Assembly: GCA_045806705.1 (NCBI GenBank)
Contig: JBJMIS010000026.1
Location: 1,592 to 65,591, forward strand
Origin: Friedmanniella sp.
GTDB lineage: Bacteria; Actinomycetota; Actinomycetes; Propionibacteriales; Propionibacteriaceae
Length of the DNA: 64,000 nucleotides
Direction: 5' to 3'
The notes under the pieces are model-generated. The model was not told the DNA's origin. It ran no database searches and saw only the letters and a program-made list of their open reading frames with translations. The translations under genes were made by a program, and so were the position numbers. How positions within the stretch are numbered: the first letter of the stretch is position 1; each line of letters starts with the position of its first letter. This document shows, piece after piece, positions 41,565 through 51,915 of the stretch.

Positions 41565-41752
41565 GCTCCGACCCGCAGCCGGCTCACGTTCAGCAGCGTG
41601 GGCCGGGCGGGGCGGACCCCCTGGCCGAGGCACGGGCGTGGCTCCGGGACCAGGCTGGAACCGAGCCGGCGGCAGATCTCCCCGCGGGGCGAGCGCCAGC
41701 GGCTGAGCGGACCGGGACGTCCCGCTCCCGCGGACCCGGGGCGCCCGTCGGG

Positions 41753-42295
41753 GTGGGACCGAGGGCGGCCGCGGGCCCTCGAACCGGCACCCGGACGGCC
41801 GAGGACGAGGACGTTGATGCCGACCCCGAGACCGTCGCCCGAACCATCGTGCTCCGTAAGCTCGCGGCGCAGGCCCGGACCCGGCACGAGCTCGCGAAGG
41901 CGCTGGCCGCACGTCAGGTACCGGAGGAGATCGCCCAGCAGGTGCTCGATCGGATGGAGTCGGTGGGGCTGGTGGATGATGCCGCCTTCGCGCGGGACTG
42001 GGTGGAGTCGCGCCAGCAGCGCCGCCACCTGTCCAAGTCCGCCCTGCGGCGCGAGCTGCAGACCAAGGGCGTGGACCGGGACCAGATCGAGCAAGCGGTC
42101 GCCGACGTGGGGGGCGAGGACGAGCTCGAGGCGGCCGAGGCGCTGGCGGCCAAGAAGCTGGCCGGGATGAGCGGGTTGACGCGCGAGGTGCAGTACCGAC
42201 GACTGGCCGGCATGCTCGCCCGCCGCGGCTTCGGGTCGGGCGTCACGAGCACAGTCCTCAGCAAGGTCCTGCGCCCTGGCGACGAACAGGACTGA
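41753..42295 (+). CDS. recX: Regulatory protein RecX (start possibly CTG at 41561)
   Basis: RTRHELAKAL, GLVDDAAFA, LRRELQTKGV, LARRGF. Confidence 0.9.
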   Translation: MGPRAAAGPRTGTRTAEDEDVDADPETVARTIVLRKLAAQARTRHELAKALAARQVPEEIAQQVLDRMESVGLVDDAAFARDWVESRQQRRHLSKSALRRELQTKGVDRDQIEQAVADVGGEDELEAAEALAAKKLAGMSGLTREVQYRRLAGMLARRGFGSGVTSTVLSKVLRPGDEQD

Positions 42296-42356
42296 GGGTC
42301 GCTGGAGGGGCCGCGAGACACGTGGCAGGGCGGGAAGGGCAGCGGTCCTTCCATGC

Positions 42357-42385
42357 TTGACCCGTGGGGGTGCGGGTCATACCCT
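42357..42385 (+). promoter_or_regulatory. Sigma-A promoter for rny: TTGACC-N17-TACCCT
   Basis: Near-consensus hexamers, 17-nt spacer, about 215 nt before the start. Confidence 0.65.
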
Positions 42386-42603
42386 GCAGGCACGAGGTTC
42401 AGTGATGTTTGTTCTGCATATGTGTGAACCGTCGGCTCCTGCCTTGACGGATTGATAAACCGAAGTTAGCGCTCTTTGATCGACGTACCTTGCTGGCCGC
42501 TTTGGCGACTCCTGACGCCTGGCTGTCGGCTGTTCACAAGTGCATGAACGCGCGGGCTGAAGCCTCTTGAGTACACGCGGGAGCGTGTAGACGGGAGTGC
42601 GGC

Positions 42604-44244
42604 ATGAGTTCGATCTTGATCTGGGTTGTCCTGGTTGCGTTGGTCGTTGTCGTCCTGGTTCTGCTGACTGTCATCGTGCTTGTCCGTCGCTCAGGCGTCC
42701 TGGCCCCGGCGGCCGCTCCGCCCGCTGCGGATCGTCCGACGGTGGAGCCTGAGGCCGACACTCTTTCGCGCCAGCGGGAGCTGGACGCCGCGACGGCGGA
42801 TCTCGCCACCCTTCGGGAGCGGGCGGAGAGTGAGTACCGAGACGTCCGCGCCAAGGCCGACACGTTGATGGCCTCGGCGCAGCGGGCCCGAGTGGAAGCC
42901 GACCAGGAGGCCGGGCAGCGACGAGCCGAGCTGAAGGAGCAGCGCGCCGACTTGGAGCGGCGCGAACAGCGGCTGACGGACCGCGAGGAACGTCTGGACG
43001 CCGACGCGCGTGCTCTGGATGAGCGGGCCCGTCACCTCGACGAGCTCAAGGCCCAGCTGAAGGCTCAGCGTCAGGCTCTTGCTGAGGTCGAGACCGAGCA
43101 CCAGCAGGCTCTCGAACGGGTGGCCGCGCTGACGGCGGAGCAGGCCAAGGCCGAACTCGTGGCCGCGGTCGAGCACGACGCCAAGCGCCAGGCCGTTCTG
43201 GTGGCCCGTGACATCGAGCGTCAGGCCAGCCGCGAAGCGGAGGCCAAAGCCCGGATGATCGTCGTCGGGGCCATCCAGCGGGTGGCTTCGGACCAGACGT
43301 CGGAGTCGGTCGTCTCCGCGGTGCACCTGCCGGGTGACGACATGAAGGGCCGAATCATCGGCCGTGAGGGCCGCAACATCCGAGCCTTCGAGCAGGTGAC
43401 CGGGGTGAACGTGATGATCGACGACACCCCCGAGTCGGTGCTGCTGTCCAGCTTCGACCCGGTGCGGCGGGAGACCGCCCGGATCACCCTGACCGAGCTC
43501 GTGAAGGACGGCCGGATCCACCCGCAGCGCATCGAAGAGGTGCACGAGCGCAGCAAGAGCCAGATCGAGCAGCAATGCCTCCGGGCGGCCGAGGACGCGA
43601 TGGCTGAGGTCGGCATCTCCGACCTGCACCCGGCCCTGGTCCCCATCCTGGGCACCCTGCGCTATCGGACCTCCTATGGGCAGAACGTTCTCAAACACCT
43701 CGTCGAATGCGCGCACATCGCTGGGCTGATGGCCGCCGAGATGGGTCTGAACATCGCCCAGTGCAAGCGCTCGGCATTCCTGCACGACATCGGCAAGGCG
43801 CTGACCCACGAGGTCGAAGGCTCGCACGCCATCATCGGTGCCGACCTGGCCCGCAAGTACGGCGAGCACCCAGACGTCGTGCACGCCATCGAGGCCCACC
43901 ACAACGAGGTCGAGGTGCGTACCGTCGAGGCGATCCTGACCCAGGCTGCGGACGCCATCAGCGGCAGCCGGCCCGGCGCCCGCCGGGAGAGCATCGAGGC
44001 CTACGTGCAGCGGCTGGAGCGGCTCGAGGAGATCGCAGGCGCACGCGAAGGGGTGGAGAAGGTCTTCGCCATGCAGGCGGGCCGTGAGCTGCGGGTGATG
44101 GTCATCCCCGAGGTGGTCGACGACATCGAGGCGCAGGTGCTGGCCCGCGACATCGCCAAGCAGATCGAGGAGGAGCTGACCTATCCCGGCCAGATCCGTG
44201 TCACGGTCGTGCGGGAGTCCCGCGCTACCGAGACGGCCCGCTGA
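42604..44244 (+). CDS. rny: Ribonuclease Y
   Basis: N-terminal TM, coiled coil, KH MKGRIIGREGRNIR, HD domain LHDIGK, ADAISGSRPGARRE. Confidence 0.97.
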   Translation: MSSILIWVVLVALVVVVLVLLTVIVLVRRSGVLAPAAAPPAADRPTVEPEADTLSRQRELDAATADLATLRERAESEYRDVRAKADTLMASAQRARVEADQEAGQRRAELKEQRADLERREQRLTDREERLDADARALDERARHLDELKAQLKAQRQALAEVETEHQQALERVAALTAEQAKAELVAAVEHDAKRQAVLVARDIERQASREAEAKARMIVVGAIQRVASDQTSESVVSAVHLPGDDMKGRIIGREGRNIRAFEQVTGVNVMIDDTPESVLLSSFDPVRRETARITLTELVKDGRIHPQRIEEVHERSKSQIEQQCLRAAEDAMAEVGISDLHPALVPILGTLRYRTSYGQNVLKHLVECAHIAGLMAAEMGLNIAQCKRSAFLHDIGKALTHEVEGSHAIIGADLARKYGEHPDVVHAIEAHHNEVEVRTVEAILTQAADAISGSRPGARRESIEAYVQRLERLEEIAGAREGVEKVFAMQAGRELRVMVIPEVVDDIEAQVLARDIAKQIEEELTYPGQIRVTVVRESRATETAR

Positions 44245-44315
44245 CCGGTTGGGCTGGCGCCGGGCCAGCCGCCGCAGCAACGGTGCCGAGCGCACCGGCT
44301 GGTAGGTTGCCGCGG

Positions 44316-45521
44316 ATGGCTCTCGACGTGGGGCGCATCCGCTCCGACTTCCCCGCGCTGCGCGCCGGTCTGGCGCACTTCGACGCCCCCGGCGGGACGC
44401 AGGTGCCCACTCCCGTCATCGGGGCCATCGGGAATGCCCTGCGGCAGCCGCTCTCCAACCGCGGCACCGACAACCCGGCTCAGCGCAACGCTGAGGCGAT
44501 CGTGCTCGAGGCTCGTCGGGCCGTCGCGGACCTGACCGGCGGTAGCCCGCAGGGAGTCGTCTTCGGGCGCAGCGCCACTCAGCTGACCTTCGATTTCGCC
44601 CGCACCCTCTCCCGTCGCTGGGCGCCGGGGGATGAGGTCGTGGTCACCCGGCTGGACCACGATGCGAACATCCGGCCGTGGCTGCTGGAGGCGAAAGCCC
44701 GGGGGCTGATTGTGCGCTGGGTCGACTTCGACCCGCGGACGGGGGAGCTGGAGGCCGAACGCATCACGGCGGCGATCAGTGATCGCACCCGCCTTGTCGC
44801 CCTCACCGCCGCCAGCAACCTGCTCGGCACGATGCCCGCCGTCCCCGCCGTCGCTGCCGCAGCCCACGCTGTCGACGCCCTCGTCTGGGTGGACGGGGTG
44901 CACTACACCGCGCATGCCCTGGTCGACGTGGCCTCGCTCGGCTGCGACGTCTTCGTCTGCTCGCCCTACAAGTTCTTCGGCCCCCACCACGGCGTCCTCG
45001 TCGCCGATCCCGGTCTGCTGGCCGACCTGCAGCCGGACAAGCTGCTGCCCTCCAGCGACGCCGTTCCTGAACGGTTCGAGCTCGGCACGCTGCCGTACGA
45101 GATGCTGACGGCCACAACTGCGGCCATCGACTACCTCGCCGCCCTCGCCGGGACCGACGGGGGTCGACGGGAGCGGCTCGCGCTCTCCCTTCGGGCAGCG
45201 GAGGAGCACGAGCGGCGGCTGGCGAGGCGGATCGAGGAGGCGCTGGACGGTCTCGGCGCCACCCGCTACAGCCGGGCCGCCCGCCGTACCTCGACCCTGC
45301 TGTTCGACCTGCCCGGCGTCGACGCGGCCCAGGTGGCAGCCCGGCTGGCCGACGTCGGTGTGCTGGCGCCGGCCGGCCACTTCTACGCGCTGGAGGCGTC
45401 ACGCCACCTGGGCCTCGGCGACCGGGGTGCCCTCCGGGTCGGCCTGGCCCCCTACAACGACGACCACGACGTGGACCGCCTGCTGGCGGGCCTGGAGGGC
45501 CGGCGGCGCCCGTCCGGCTAG
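44316..45521 (+). CDS. Cysteine desulfurase-like class V aminotransferase
   Basis: FDAPGGTQVP, LDHDANIRPW, CSPYKFFGPH, FELGT. Confidence 0.9.
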   Translation: MALDVGRIRSDFPALRAGLAHFDAPGGTQVPTPVIGAIGNALRQPLSNRGTDNPAQRNAEAIVLEARRAVADLTGGSPQGVVFGRSATQLTFDFARTLSRRWAPGDEVVVTRLDHDANIRPWLLEAKARGLIVRWVDFDPRTGELEAERITAAISDRTRLVALTAASNLLGTMPAVPAVAAAAHAVDALVWVDGVHYTAHALVDVASLGCDVFVCSPYKFFGPHHGVLVADPGLLADLQPDKLLPSSDAVPERFELGTLPYEMLTATTAAIDYLAALAGTDGGRRERLALSLRAAEEHERRLARRIEEALDGLGATRYSRAARRTSTLLFDLPGVDAAQVAARLADVGVLAPAGHFYALEASRHLGLGDRGALRVGLAPYNDDHDVDRLLAGLEGRRRPSG

Positions 45522-46426
45522 ACCTCGCTGGTCCCGACCGCGACCGGGGCGGCCGGGGCGCCGGGTGCGGCGGGAGTCAGCGCGGCACCGAGCGGTGGAC
45601 CGCCCTTGGCGGAACGCTGCAGCCGCCGCTCGACGAGCCGGGCCACCGCGGTGAGGGTGTAGTTGATCGCGATGAACATCGCGGCCAGCACGAGGAACGT
45701 CGGGATCAGGTTGCCGTAGTTCGTGGCCAGGTTCTGACCGCCGCGGATCAGCTCGGAGTAGCTGATGATGTAGCCGAGCGCCGTGTCCTTGAGGATCACC
45801 ACCAGCTGGCTGAGCAGCGAGGGCAGCATGGCCGTGACCGCCTGAGGCAGCAGGATGGTGCGCATCGTCTGCCCGTGGGTCAGCCCCAGCGCCAGACCGG
45901 CTTCCCGCTGGCCCTTCGGCAGCGAGAAGACCCCGGAGCGGATCAGCTCGGCGATCACCGAGGAGTTGTAGAGCGTCAGCCCGGTCACGACGCCGAAGAG
46001 CGACGCGCCGTCCCCGACGATGCCGAGCACGAAGACGCCGAAGTAGTAGGCGAAGATCATCATCACCAGCACGGGCACCGAGCGGAAGAACTCGACGAAG
46101 GCGCCGCAGAGCGCGCGCAGGATCCCGACGCCGGACAACCGGCCCATCCCGAGCAGCAGGCCCAGCACGAGGGACAGGACGACGGCGATCGCGGCCGCCT
46201 TCAAGGTGTTGGCCAGCCCGGGCAACAGGTAGGCGGTCCAGCTGACCGGGTCCAGGAACGGAGCCCACTTCTCGGCCGTCAGCTGGTTGTCGGCGGGGTT
46301 GGCCAGGCCCCGGATGATCAACCCGACCAACGCCAACAGCGCAACGACCGCCAGCGCGCCGACGAGCCGGTACGTCCGCCGGGCACGGGGACCGGGGACG
46401 TCGAACAGGACAGCTTGCTCGCTCAT
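45518..46426 (-). CDS. gluD: Glutamate ABC transporter permease
   Basis: VLFDVPGPRARR, FVEFFRSVPVLV, QLVVILKDTALG. Confidence 0.9.
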   Translation of the reverse strand: MSEQAVLFDVPGPRARRTYRLVGALAVVALLALVGLIIRGLANPADNQLTAEKWAPFLDPVSWTAYLLPGLANTLKAAAIAVVLSLVLGLLLGMGRLSGVGILRALCGAFVEFFRSVPVLVMMIFAYYFGVFVLGIVGDGASLFGVVTGLTLYNSSVIAELIRSGVFSLPKGQREAGLALGLTHGQTMRTILLPQAVTAMLPSLLSQLVVILKDTALGYIISYSELIRGGQNLATNYGNLIPTFLVLAAMFIAINYTLTAVARLVERRLQRSAKGGPPLGAALTPAAPGAPAAPVAVGTSEV

Positions 46427-47112
46427 CGCTGCACCACCAGCCGCCGGGACAGGTAGGTGAACAGCAGACCCATCGGCAGCGTGAGGATCACGAAGCAGAC
46501 AGCGATCAGGACGAAGATGGCGTAGAGCAGCGACGGGCTGAACTCGATCATCCCGCGCATCACGTACGCCAGCTCGGCCACACCGATGGTCGCGACCACG
46601 GTCGTGTTCTTGGTCAGGGCGATCATCGTGTTGCCCAGCGGGGCGATCGCGCCCCGGAATGCCTGCGGGAGGACCACCTCGCGGAGCGTGGGCAGGAACC
46701 CCAGCCCGATGGCCCGCGCGGCCTCGGCCTGTCCCTGGGGCACAGTGTTGATTCCGCTGCGCACCGCCTCGGCGACGAACGCCGCGTGGTAGACCGCGAG
46801 CGCGATGATGCCGAAGCGGAAGGTGTTGTCGACGATGGCGGTGGGAGAGGCGGGGTCGGCCAGCTGCACCTGCAGGGTGTTTCCGATGCCGAAGAGGCAG
46901 AAGAACGTGATCAGGGTGAGCGGGGTGTTGCGGATCAACGTGACGTAGGCGGTGCCGAAGCCGCGCAGAACGGCGATAGGAGAGACCCGACAGATCGCCA
47001 CGATGGTCCCGATCAGCAGCGCCCCGACAGCGGACAGCACAGCCAGCTTGACCGTCATCCAAAACGCGCCCAGCACGTCGTAGTCCCTCAGCAGGGTTGC
47101 GATGTCGTTCAC
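46423..47112 (-). CDS. gluC: Glutamate ABC transporter permease
   Basis: RVSPI, YVTLIRNTPLT, GQAEAARAIG, IALTKNTT. Confidence 0.9.
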   Translation of the reverse strand: MNDIATLLRDYDVLGAFWMTVKLAVLSAVGALLIGTIVAICRVSPIAVLRGFGTAYVTLIRNTPLTLITFFCLFGIGNTLQVQLADPASPTAIVDNTFRFGIIALAVYHAAFVAEAVRSGINTVPQGQAEAARAIGLGFLPTLREVVLPQAFRGAIAPLGNTMIALTKNTTVVATIGVAELAYVMRGMIEFSPSLLYAIFVLIAVCFVILTLPMGLLFTYLSRRLVVQR

Positions 47113-47179
47113 CGGCGTCTCCTTCCTCCTGGTGCCTACGCCTGGGCGGCCGACGCCACCTGAGCTCCTGGCCCTCCGG

Positions 47180-48028
47180 TCAGGCGCAGGCGTCCGGCTT
47201 GGGAGGGTTCACCTTCGGGTCCGGCTTGAAGCCGGAGGCGCCAACGGTGTCGGTCAGGGCCTTCTCCCAGGATCCGTCGTCGATCATCTTCTGGATCGCC
47301 GTGTTGATCGACTCGCAGAGAGCCTTGTCGCCTTGCTTGATGCCGACGCCGTAACGCTCCTCGCTGAACGGCTTGCCCACGACCTTGAGCTTGCCCTGGT
47401 ACTGGGGCTGGGCGGCGAAGCCGGCCAGGATGACGTTGTCGGTGGTGACCGCGTCGATGCTGCCGCTGTTGAGCGCCTGCACGCACTTGGAGTAGGTGTC
47501 GAACTCCTGCAGCTGCACCCCTGAGGCGTAGGTGTCCTTGATCTTCTGCGCCGAGGTCGAGCCGGTCACGGAGCAGAGCTTCTTGCCGTTCAGCGTCTCG
47601 GGCCCGGTGATGCTGGTGTTGTCGGCCTTGACGAGAAGGTCCTGACCGGCGATGAAGTACGGGCCGCCGAAGGAGACCTTCTGCTTGCGGTCGTCGGTGA
47701 TGGAGTAGGTGGCGAAGATCATCTTCACCTGGCCGCTCTGCAGCAGCGTCTCCCGCTGGGCGGACGGCGACTCCTTGAAGGTGACGTCGGTGTAGCCGAG
47801 CTCCTTCGCGACATACCGGGCGACCTCGACGTCAAAACCCTTGTAGTCGTTGCCGACCTGCTGGCCGAGGCCGGGCTGGTCGAACTTGATCCCGATGGTG
47901 ACCGGACCGCCCGAGCTGGCTGCTCCGCCGCTCTGGCCGCCGGCGTTCTGGTCCTTGACGCACGCGGTCATGGTCAGCGCGAGCGCTGCTGCTGCCGTGC
48001 TGCCGATGATCTTGGTGATGGACTTCAT
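47180..48028 (-). CDS. gluB: Glutamate ABC transporter substrate-binding lipoprotein
   Basis: MTAC lipobox, IGIKFDQPGLG, ATYSITD.RK, LCSVTGST. Confidence 0.92.
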   Translation of the reverse strand: MKSITKIIGSTAAAALALTMTACVKDQNAGGQSGGAASSGGPVTIGIKFDQPGLGQQVGNDYKGFDVEVARYVAKELGYTDVTFKESPSAQRETLLQSGQVKMIFATYSITDDRKQKVSFGGPYFIAGQDLLVKADNTSITGPETLNGKKLCSVTGSTSAQKIKDTYASGVQLQEFDTYSKCVQALNSGSIDAVTTDNVILAGFAAQPQYQGKLKVVGKPFSEERYGVGIKQGDKALCESINTAIQKMIDDGSWEKALTDTVGASGFKPDPKVNPPKPDACA

Positions 48029-48146
48029 GGTTCCCCTTCGGTGTGGGCGTCGGGAGAGCGAGACGCTGGCTCCTGACCACTTGGTGTTTCCGCACCGTGC
48101 TCACCGGTGGACGTCGAGGGTGACGCCGCGATGGCACGCGCCTGCG

Positions 48147-48998
48147 CTAGTGGGTGAGGATCTTGCTCAGGAAGTCCTTGGCCCGCTCGGACCGGGGGCG
48201 GGTGAAGAAGGTCTCCGGGTCCGCCTCCTCGACGATCTGGCCGTCCGACATGAAGACGACCCGGTTGGCCGCCTTGCGGGCGAAACCCATCTCGTGGGTC
48301 ACGACGATCATGGTCATGCCCTGGCCAGCCAGCGACACCATGACGTCCAGCACCTCGTTGACCATCTCCGGATCGAGGGCCGACGTGGGCTCGTCGAACA
48401 GGATGACCTTGGGGTCCATCGCCAACGCGCGGGCGATGGCGACGCGTTGCTGCTGGCCGCCGGAGAGCTGGGCGGGGTACTTGTCCGCCTGGGAGTCCAC
48501 GCCCACCCGCTTCAGCAGCTCCATGCCCCGTCGGCGCGCCTCCGCGGCGCTCTTCTTGCGCACCTTGACCGGGCCCAGCGTCACGTTCTCGAGCACGGTC
48601 TTGTGAGCGAAGAGGTTGAACGACTGGAAGACCATGCCGACGTCGGCCCGCAGTCCCGCCAGCGCGCGGCCCTCCTCGGGCAGCTGCTGGCCGTCGATGG
48701 TGATCGTGCCGCTCTCGATGGTCTCCAGCCGGTTGATCGCCCGGCACAGGGTGGACTTGCCCGAACCGGACGGCCCCAGCACGACCACCACCTCGCCCCG
48801 CGCGACCGACAGGTTGATGTCCTGGAGCACGTGCAACGAGCCGAAGTGCTTGTCGACGTCGCGGAGCACGACGAGCGGCTTCCCGGTGTCCGTCGGGGCC
48901 ACCGAGGGCCCGGCGGTGGGATCGGGGCGGACGGCGTCAACCTGCTGGTCCCCTGCGTGCGATCCGGCGCCGGCCGGCGGCGCCTCCGAGTCCGTCAT
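48147..48998 (-). CDS. gluA: Glutamate ABC transporter ATP-binding protein
   Basis: [38 protein letters not shown]. Confidence 0.93.
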   Translation of the reverse strand: MTDSEAPPAGAGSHAGDQQVDAVRPDPTAGPSVAPTDTGKPLVVLRDVDKHFGSLHVLQDINLSVARGEVVVVLGPSGSGKSTLCRAINRLETIESGTITIDGQQLPEEGRALAGLRADVGMVFQSFNLFAHKTVLENVTLGPVKVRKKSAAEARRRGMELLKRVGVDSQADKYPAQLSGGQQQRVAIARALAMDPKVILFDEPTSALDPEMVNEVLDVMVSLAGQGMTMIVVTHEMGFARKAANRVVFMSDGQIVEEADPETFFTRPRSERAKDFLSKILTH

Positions 48999-49076
48999 GG
49001 CCTGACGATAGACCGGCGGGGTTCCGACGGCGTTAACCGACCCGTGGAGATTTGCTAAAGGTTTCTCAGCAAGTCC

Positions 49077-49979
49077 TCAGCGTCCCAGTACCCCCCAGCG
49101 GCCGGAGTAGCTCTTCCCGGGAGCCAGCACGATCACGCCGTCGTGGGTCGGCCCCTCGTTGAAGGCGTCCGGTCCGCAGGTCATCGGCTCCACCGCGAGA
49201 GCGATGTCCCGCCGCTTCTCACCCGTGAAGACCTGGATCCAGGTCATGGTGCTGTCGCCCCACAGCTCTGCCTGCCGCTCACCGAGGGACAGCTTCACTC
49301 GCCAGCGGCCATCCTCGTCACGCAGCAGGTCGGTGAAGGCGGTATCCAGGACTCGGCTGCCCAGGGGTGCGCCGCTGCGCAGGTCATACTCGGTTCCCTC
49401 CACCGATGCGATGCGGATCGGCAGCAGCCGCTCGTCCACCTCCAGGTAGGACGCGGCGGGGACGGTGACGGAGACCTCGTCCACGGTGGCCTCGCCCACC
49501 GAGAGGTAGGGGTGGGCGGCGTAGCCGAACGGCACCTCGGTCTCTCCGAGATTCGTGACCCGCACCGAGACCTGCAGCCCGCGCTGGCTCACCGCGTGGG
49601 TGATGCTCGCCTCGATGATGCCGGGCCAGCCCGGCTCGGGGTAGACCCGGACCTGCTGGGTCAGCGAGTCCTCGGCCTGCTCGGTCACCCGCCACGCGAC
49701 GTGCCTGACCAGGCCGTGGATCGCGTTGTGCCGATCGGGCTCGGTCAGCGCCAGCTGCAGCTCCTGCCCGCCGAAGCTGTAGCGCCCGTCGCGGATCCGG
49801 TTGGGCCAGGGGAGCAGCTGCATCCCACGGGCACCCTTCACCACCTCGTCAGGCTCGAAGCCGCGGACCACCTCATGGTCACCGACGGTGTAGGTCCGCA
49901 GCGTCGCACCGACCTCGGTGACGACGGCGCGGTGCTCGCCGGAGACGATCTCGTACTGCTCGCCGGTGGGGTACGTCAT
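49077..49979 (-). CDS. Aldose 1-epimerase family protein
   Basis: PTGEQYEI, LLPWPNRI.DG, IHGL, HPY, AVEPMT. Confidence 0.9.
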   Translation of the reverse strand: MTYPTGEQYEIVSGEHRAVVTEVGATLRTYTVGDHEVVRGFEPDEVVKGARGMQLLPWPNRIRDGRYSFGGQELQLALTEPDRHNAIHGLVRHVAWRVTEQAEDSLTQQVRVYPEPGWPGIIEASITHAVSQRGLQVSVRVTNLGETEVPFGYAAHPYLSVGEATVDEVSVTVPAASYLEVDERLLPIRIASVEGTEYDLRSGAPLGSRVLDTAFTDLLRDEDGRWRVKLSLGERQAELWGDSTMTWIQVFTGEKRRDIALAVEPMTCGPDAFNEGPTHDGVIVLAPGKSYSGRWGVLGR

Positions 49980-50072
49980 GGTTGACGACCCTATGCCTGG
50001 AGGGGGACGGGGGCTGCTGGTGTTCCCAGGGCGGGTCACCGTGCCTCTTCTGGCCGTTAGGCTTGGCGGGCT

Positions 50073-51614
50073 ATGTCGACCCTCGCCTCCGCTCCGGCGT
50101 CCGACCACCTTCCCGCCCGCACCGGCCGGCCGGGTGCCGGCCGGACGTATGAGATCCGCACCCACGGCTGCCAGATGAACGTGCACGACTCCGAGCGTCT
50201 GGCGGGGCTGTTGGAGGAGGCGGGGTACGCCCGGCCGCAGCGGGGCGAGACTCCCGATGTGGTCGTGTTCAACACCTGCGCCGTGCGGGAGAACGCCGAC
50301 AACAAGCTCTACGGCAGCCTCGGCCACCTGCGGCCGACCAAGGAGGCCAGGGACGGGATGCAGATCGCGGTCGGGGGCTGTCTGGCCCAGAAGGACCGCG
50401 GCGAGATCGTGCGGCGGGCCCCCTGGGTGGACGTGGTCTTCGGGACGCACAACATCGGGTCGCTGCCGGTGCTGCTGGAGCGGGCCCGGGTGGAGCAGGA
50501 GTCCCAGGTCGAGCTGGAGGAGGCACTGCAGACCTTCCCCTCGAACCTGCCGACCCGCCGCGACTCCGCCTACGCCGCCTGGGTCTCGGTCAGCGTCGGC
50601 TGCAACAACACCTGCACCTTCTGCATCGTCCCGGCACTGCGCGGCCGGGAGACCGACCGGCGTCCGGGCGACATCCTGGCCGAGGTCCGGGCGCTGGTCG
50701 CGGAGGGGGTGCAGGAGGTGACGCTGCTCGGCCAGAACGTGAACGCGTACGGCGTCGAGTTCGGCGACCGGGCCGCCTTCGCCAAGCTGCTGCGGGCCTG
50801 CGGCGAGATCGACGGGCTGGAGCGGGTGCGGTTCACCTCACCCCATCCGAAGGACTTCACCGACGACGTGATCGCCGCCATGGCGGAGACGCCCAACGTC
50901 ATGCCCCAGCTGCACATGCCGCTGCAGTCGGGGTCGGACGCCGTGCTCCGCTCGATGCGGCGGTCCTACCGGAGCGCCCGCTACCTCGCCATCATCGACC
51001 GCGTGCGCGCCGCGATCCCGCACGCGGCGATCACCACCGACATCATCGTCGGCTTCCCCGGGGAGACCGAACAGGACTTCCAGGCCACCCTGGACGTCGC
51101 CGCAGCCTCCCGGTTCGCGGCCGCCTTCACGTTCCAGTACTCGGTGCGGCCCGGGACTCCGGCAGCCACCATGCCGGACCAGGTGCCCAAAGCCGTGGTG
51201 CAGGAGCGGTACGAGCGGTTGGTCGCCCTCGTCAACGACGTGGCCTGGCAGGAGAACCGACGGCTGGTCGGCAGCGAGGTGGAGGTGATGTTCGCCGACG
51301 GCGAGGGACGCAAGGACGCCGCCACCTCCCGGATGTCCGGACGGGCCCGGGACAACCGGCTGGTGCACGTCTCGGTACCGAAGGACCCCTCGCTGCGGCC
51401 TCGGCCTGGCGACATCGCGTGCACCACCGTCACCTACGCCGCCCCCCACCACCTGAACGCGGACGCCGGCGTCACCGCACTGCGGCGGACCCGGGGTGGG
51501 GACGCCTGGGCAGGTCGGAGCGCGGGCGCAGTACCCCCGACGGTCAGTCTCGGCCTACCGGTGGTCGGGGTGCCGGCACCGCTGCCGGCGGCTCCGGCCT
51601 GCAGCCGCGGCTGA
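50073..51614 (+). CDS. miaB: tRNA-i6A37 methylthiotransferase
   Basis: [37 protein letters not shown]. Confidence 0.97.
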   Translation: MSTLASAPASDHLPARTGRPGAGRTYEIRTHGCQMNVHDSERLAGLLEEAGYARPQRGETPDVVVFNTCAVRENADNKLYGSLGHLRPTKEARDGMQIAVGGCLAQKDRGEIVRRAPWVDVVFGTHNIGSLPVLLERARVEQESQVELEEALQTFPSNLPTRRDSAYAAWVSVSVGCNNTCTFCIVPALRGRETDRRPGDILAEVRALVAEGVQEVTLLGQNVNAYGVEFGDRAAFAKLLRACGEIDGLERVRFTSPHPKDFTDDVIAAMAETPNVMPQLHMPLQSGSDAVLRSMRRSYRSARYLAIIDRVRAAIPHAAITTDIIVGFPGETEQDFQATLDVAAASRFAAAFTFQYSVRPGTPAATMPDQVPKAVVQERYERLVALVNDVAWQENRRLVGSEVEVMFADGEGRKDAATSRMSGRARDNRLVHVSVPKDPSLRPRPGDIACTTVTYAAPHHLNADAGVTALRRTRGGDAWAGRSAGAVPPTVSLGLPVVGVPAPLPAAPACSRG

Positions 51615-51635
51615 GCCGGCAGTCCGGCAGTCGCC

Positions 51636-51827
51636 TCAGGCCGGGGGCTCGTTCCCGCGGAGGTAGTCGTCGAGCTTGTCCTTGGCGACCGCGGCGCCCT
51701 GGTCGATCTGCTCGCTGTGCTGGTTGCCCGTCCGCTGGTCAGCAAGGTTCGCGGCCTTGTCGACGGCCTGGTCGACCTTGTCGCCGTGCTGGTTCAGCAC
51801 GTCCTTGGCCTTGTCGAAGATTCCCAT
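51636..51827 (-). CDS. MT0933/Rv0909-like small protein (annotated antitoxin family)
   Basis: MGIFDKAKD..QHGDKVDQAVDKAA..ADQRTG..HSEQID. Confidence 0.85.
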   Translation of the reverse strand: MGIFDKAKDVLNQHGDKVDQAVDKAANLADQRTGNQHSEQIDQGAAVAKDKLDDYLRGNEPPA

Positions 51828-51915
51828 CCGGCAAGCCTGCCCCGTGCCCGTGCCGGACCCGACGGCGGGGCGGCTGCGGTGTGCCCGCCGACACCCATCA
51901 CGCAGACTGAACCCC

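Noticed and set aside
44316-45521. Desulfurase lacking the catalytic Cys (GHFYA)
   Set aside because: Known trait of this desulfurase-like subfamily, not a pseudogene
51636-51827. Toxin-antitoxin module
   Set aside because: No adjacent Rv0910-like toxin; solo members of this family are common
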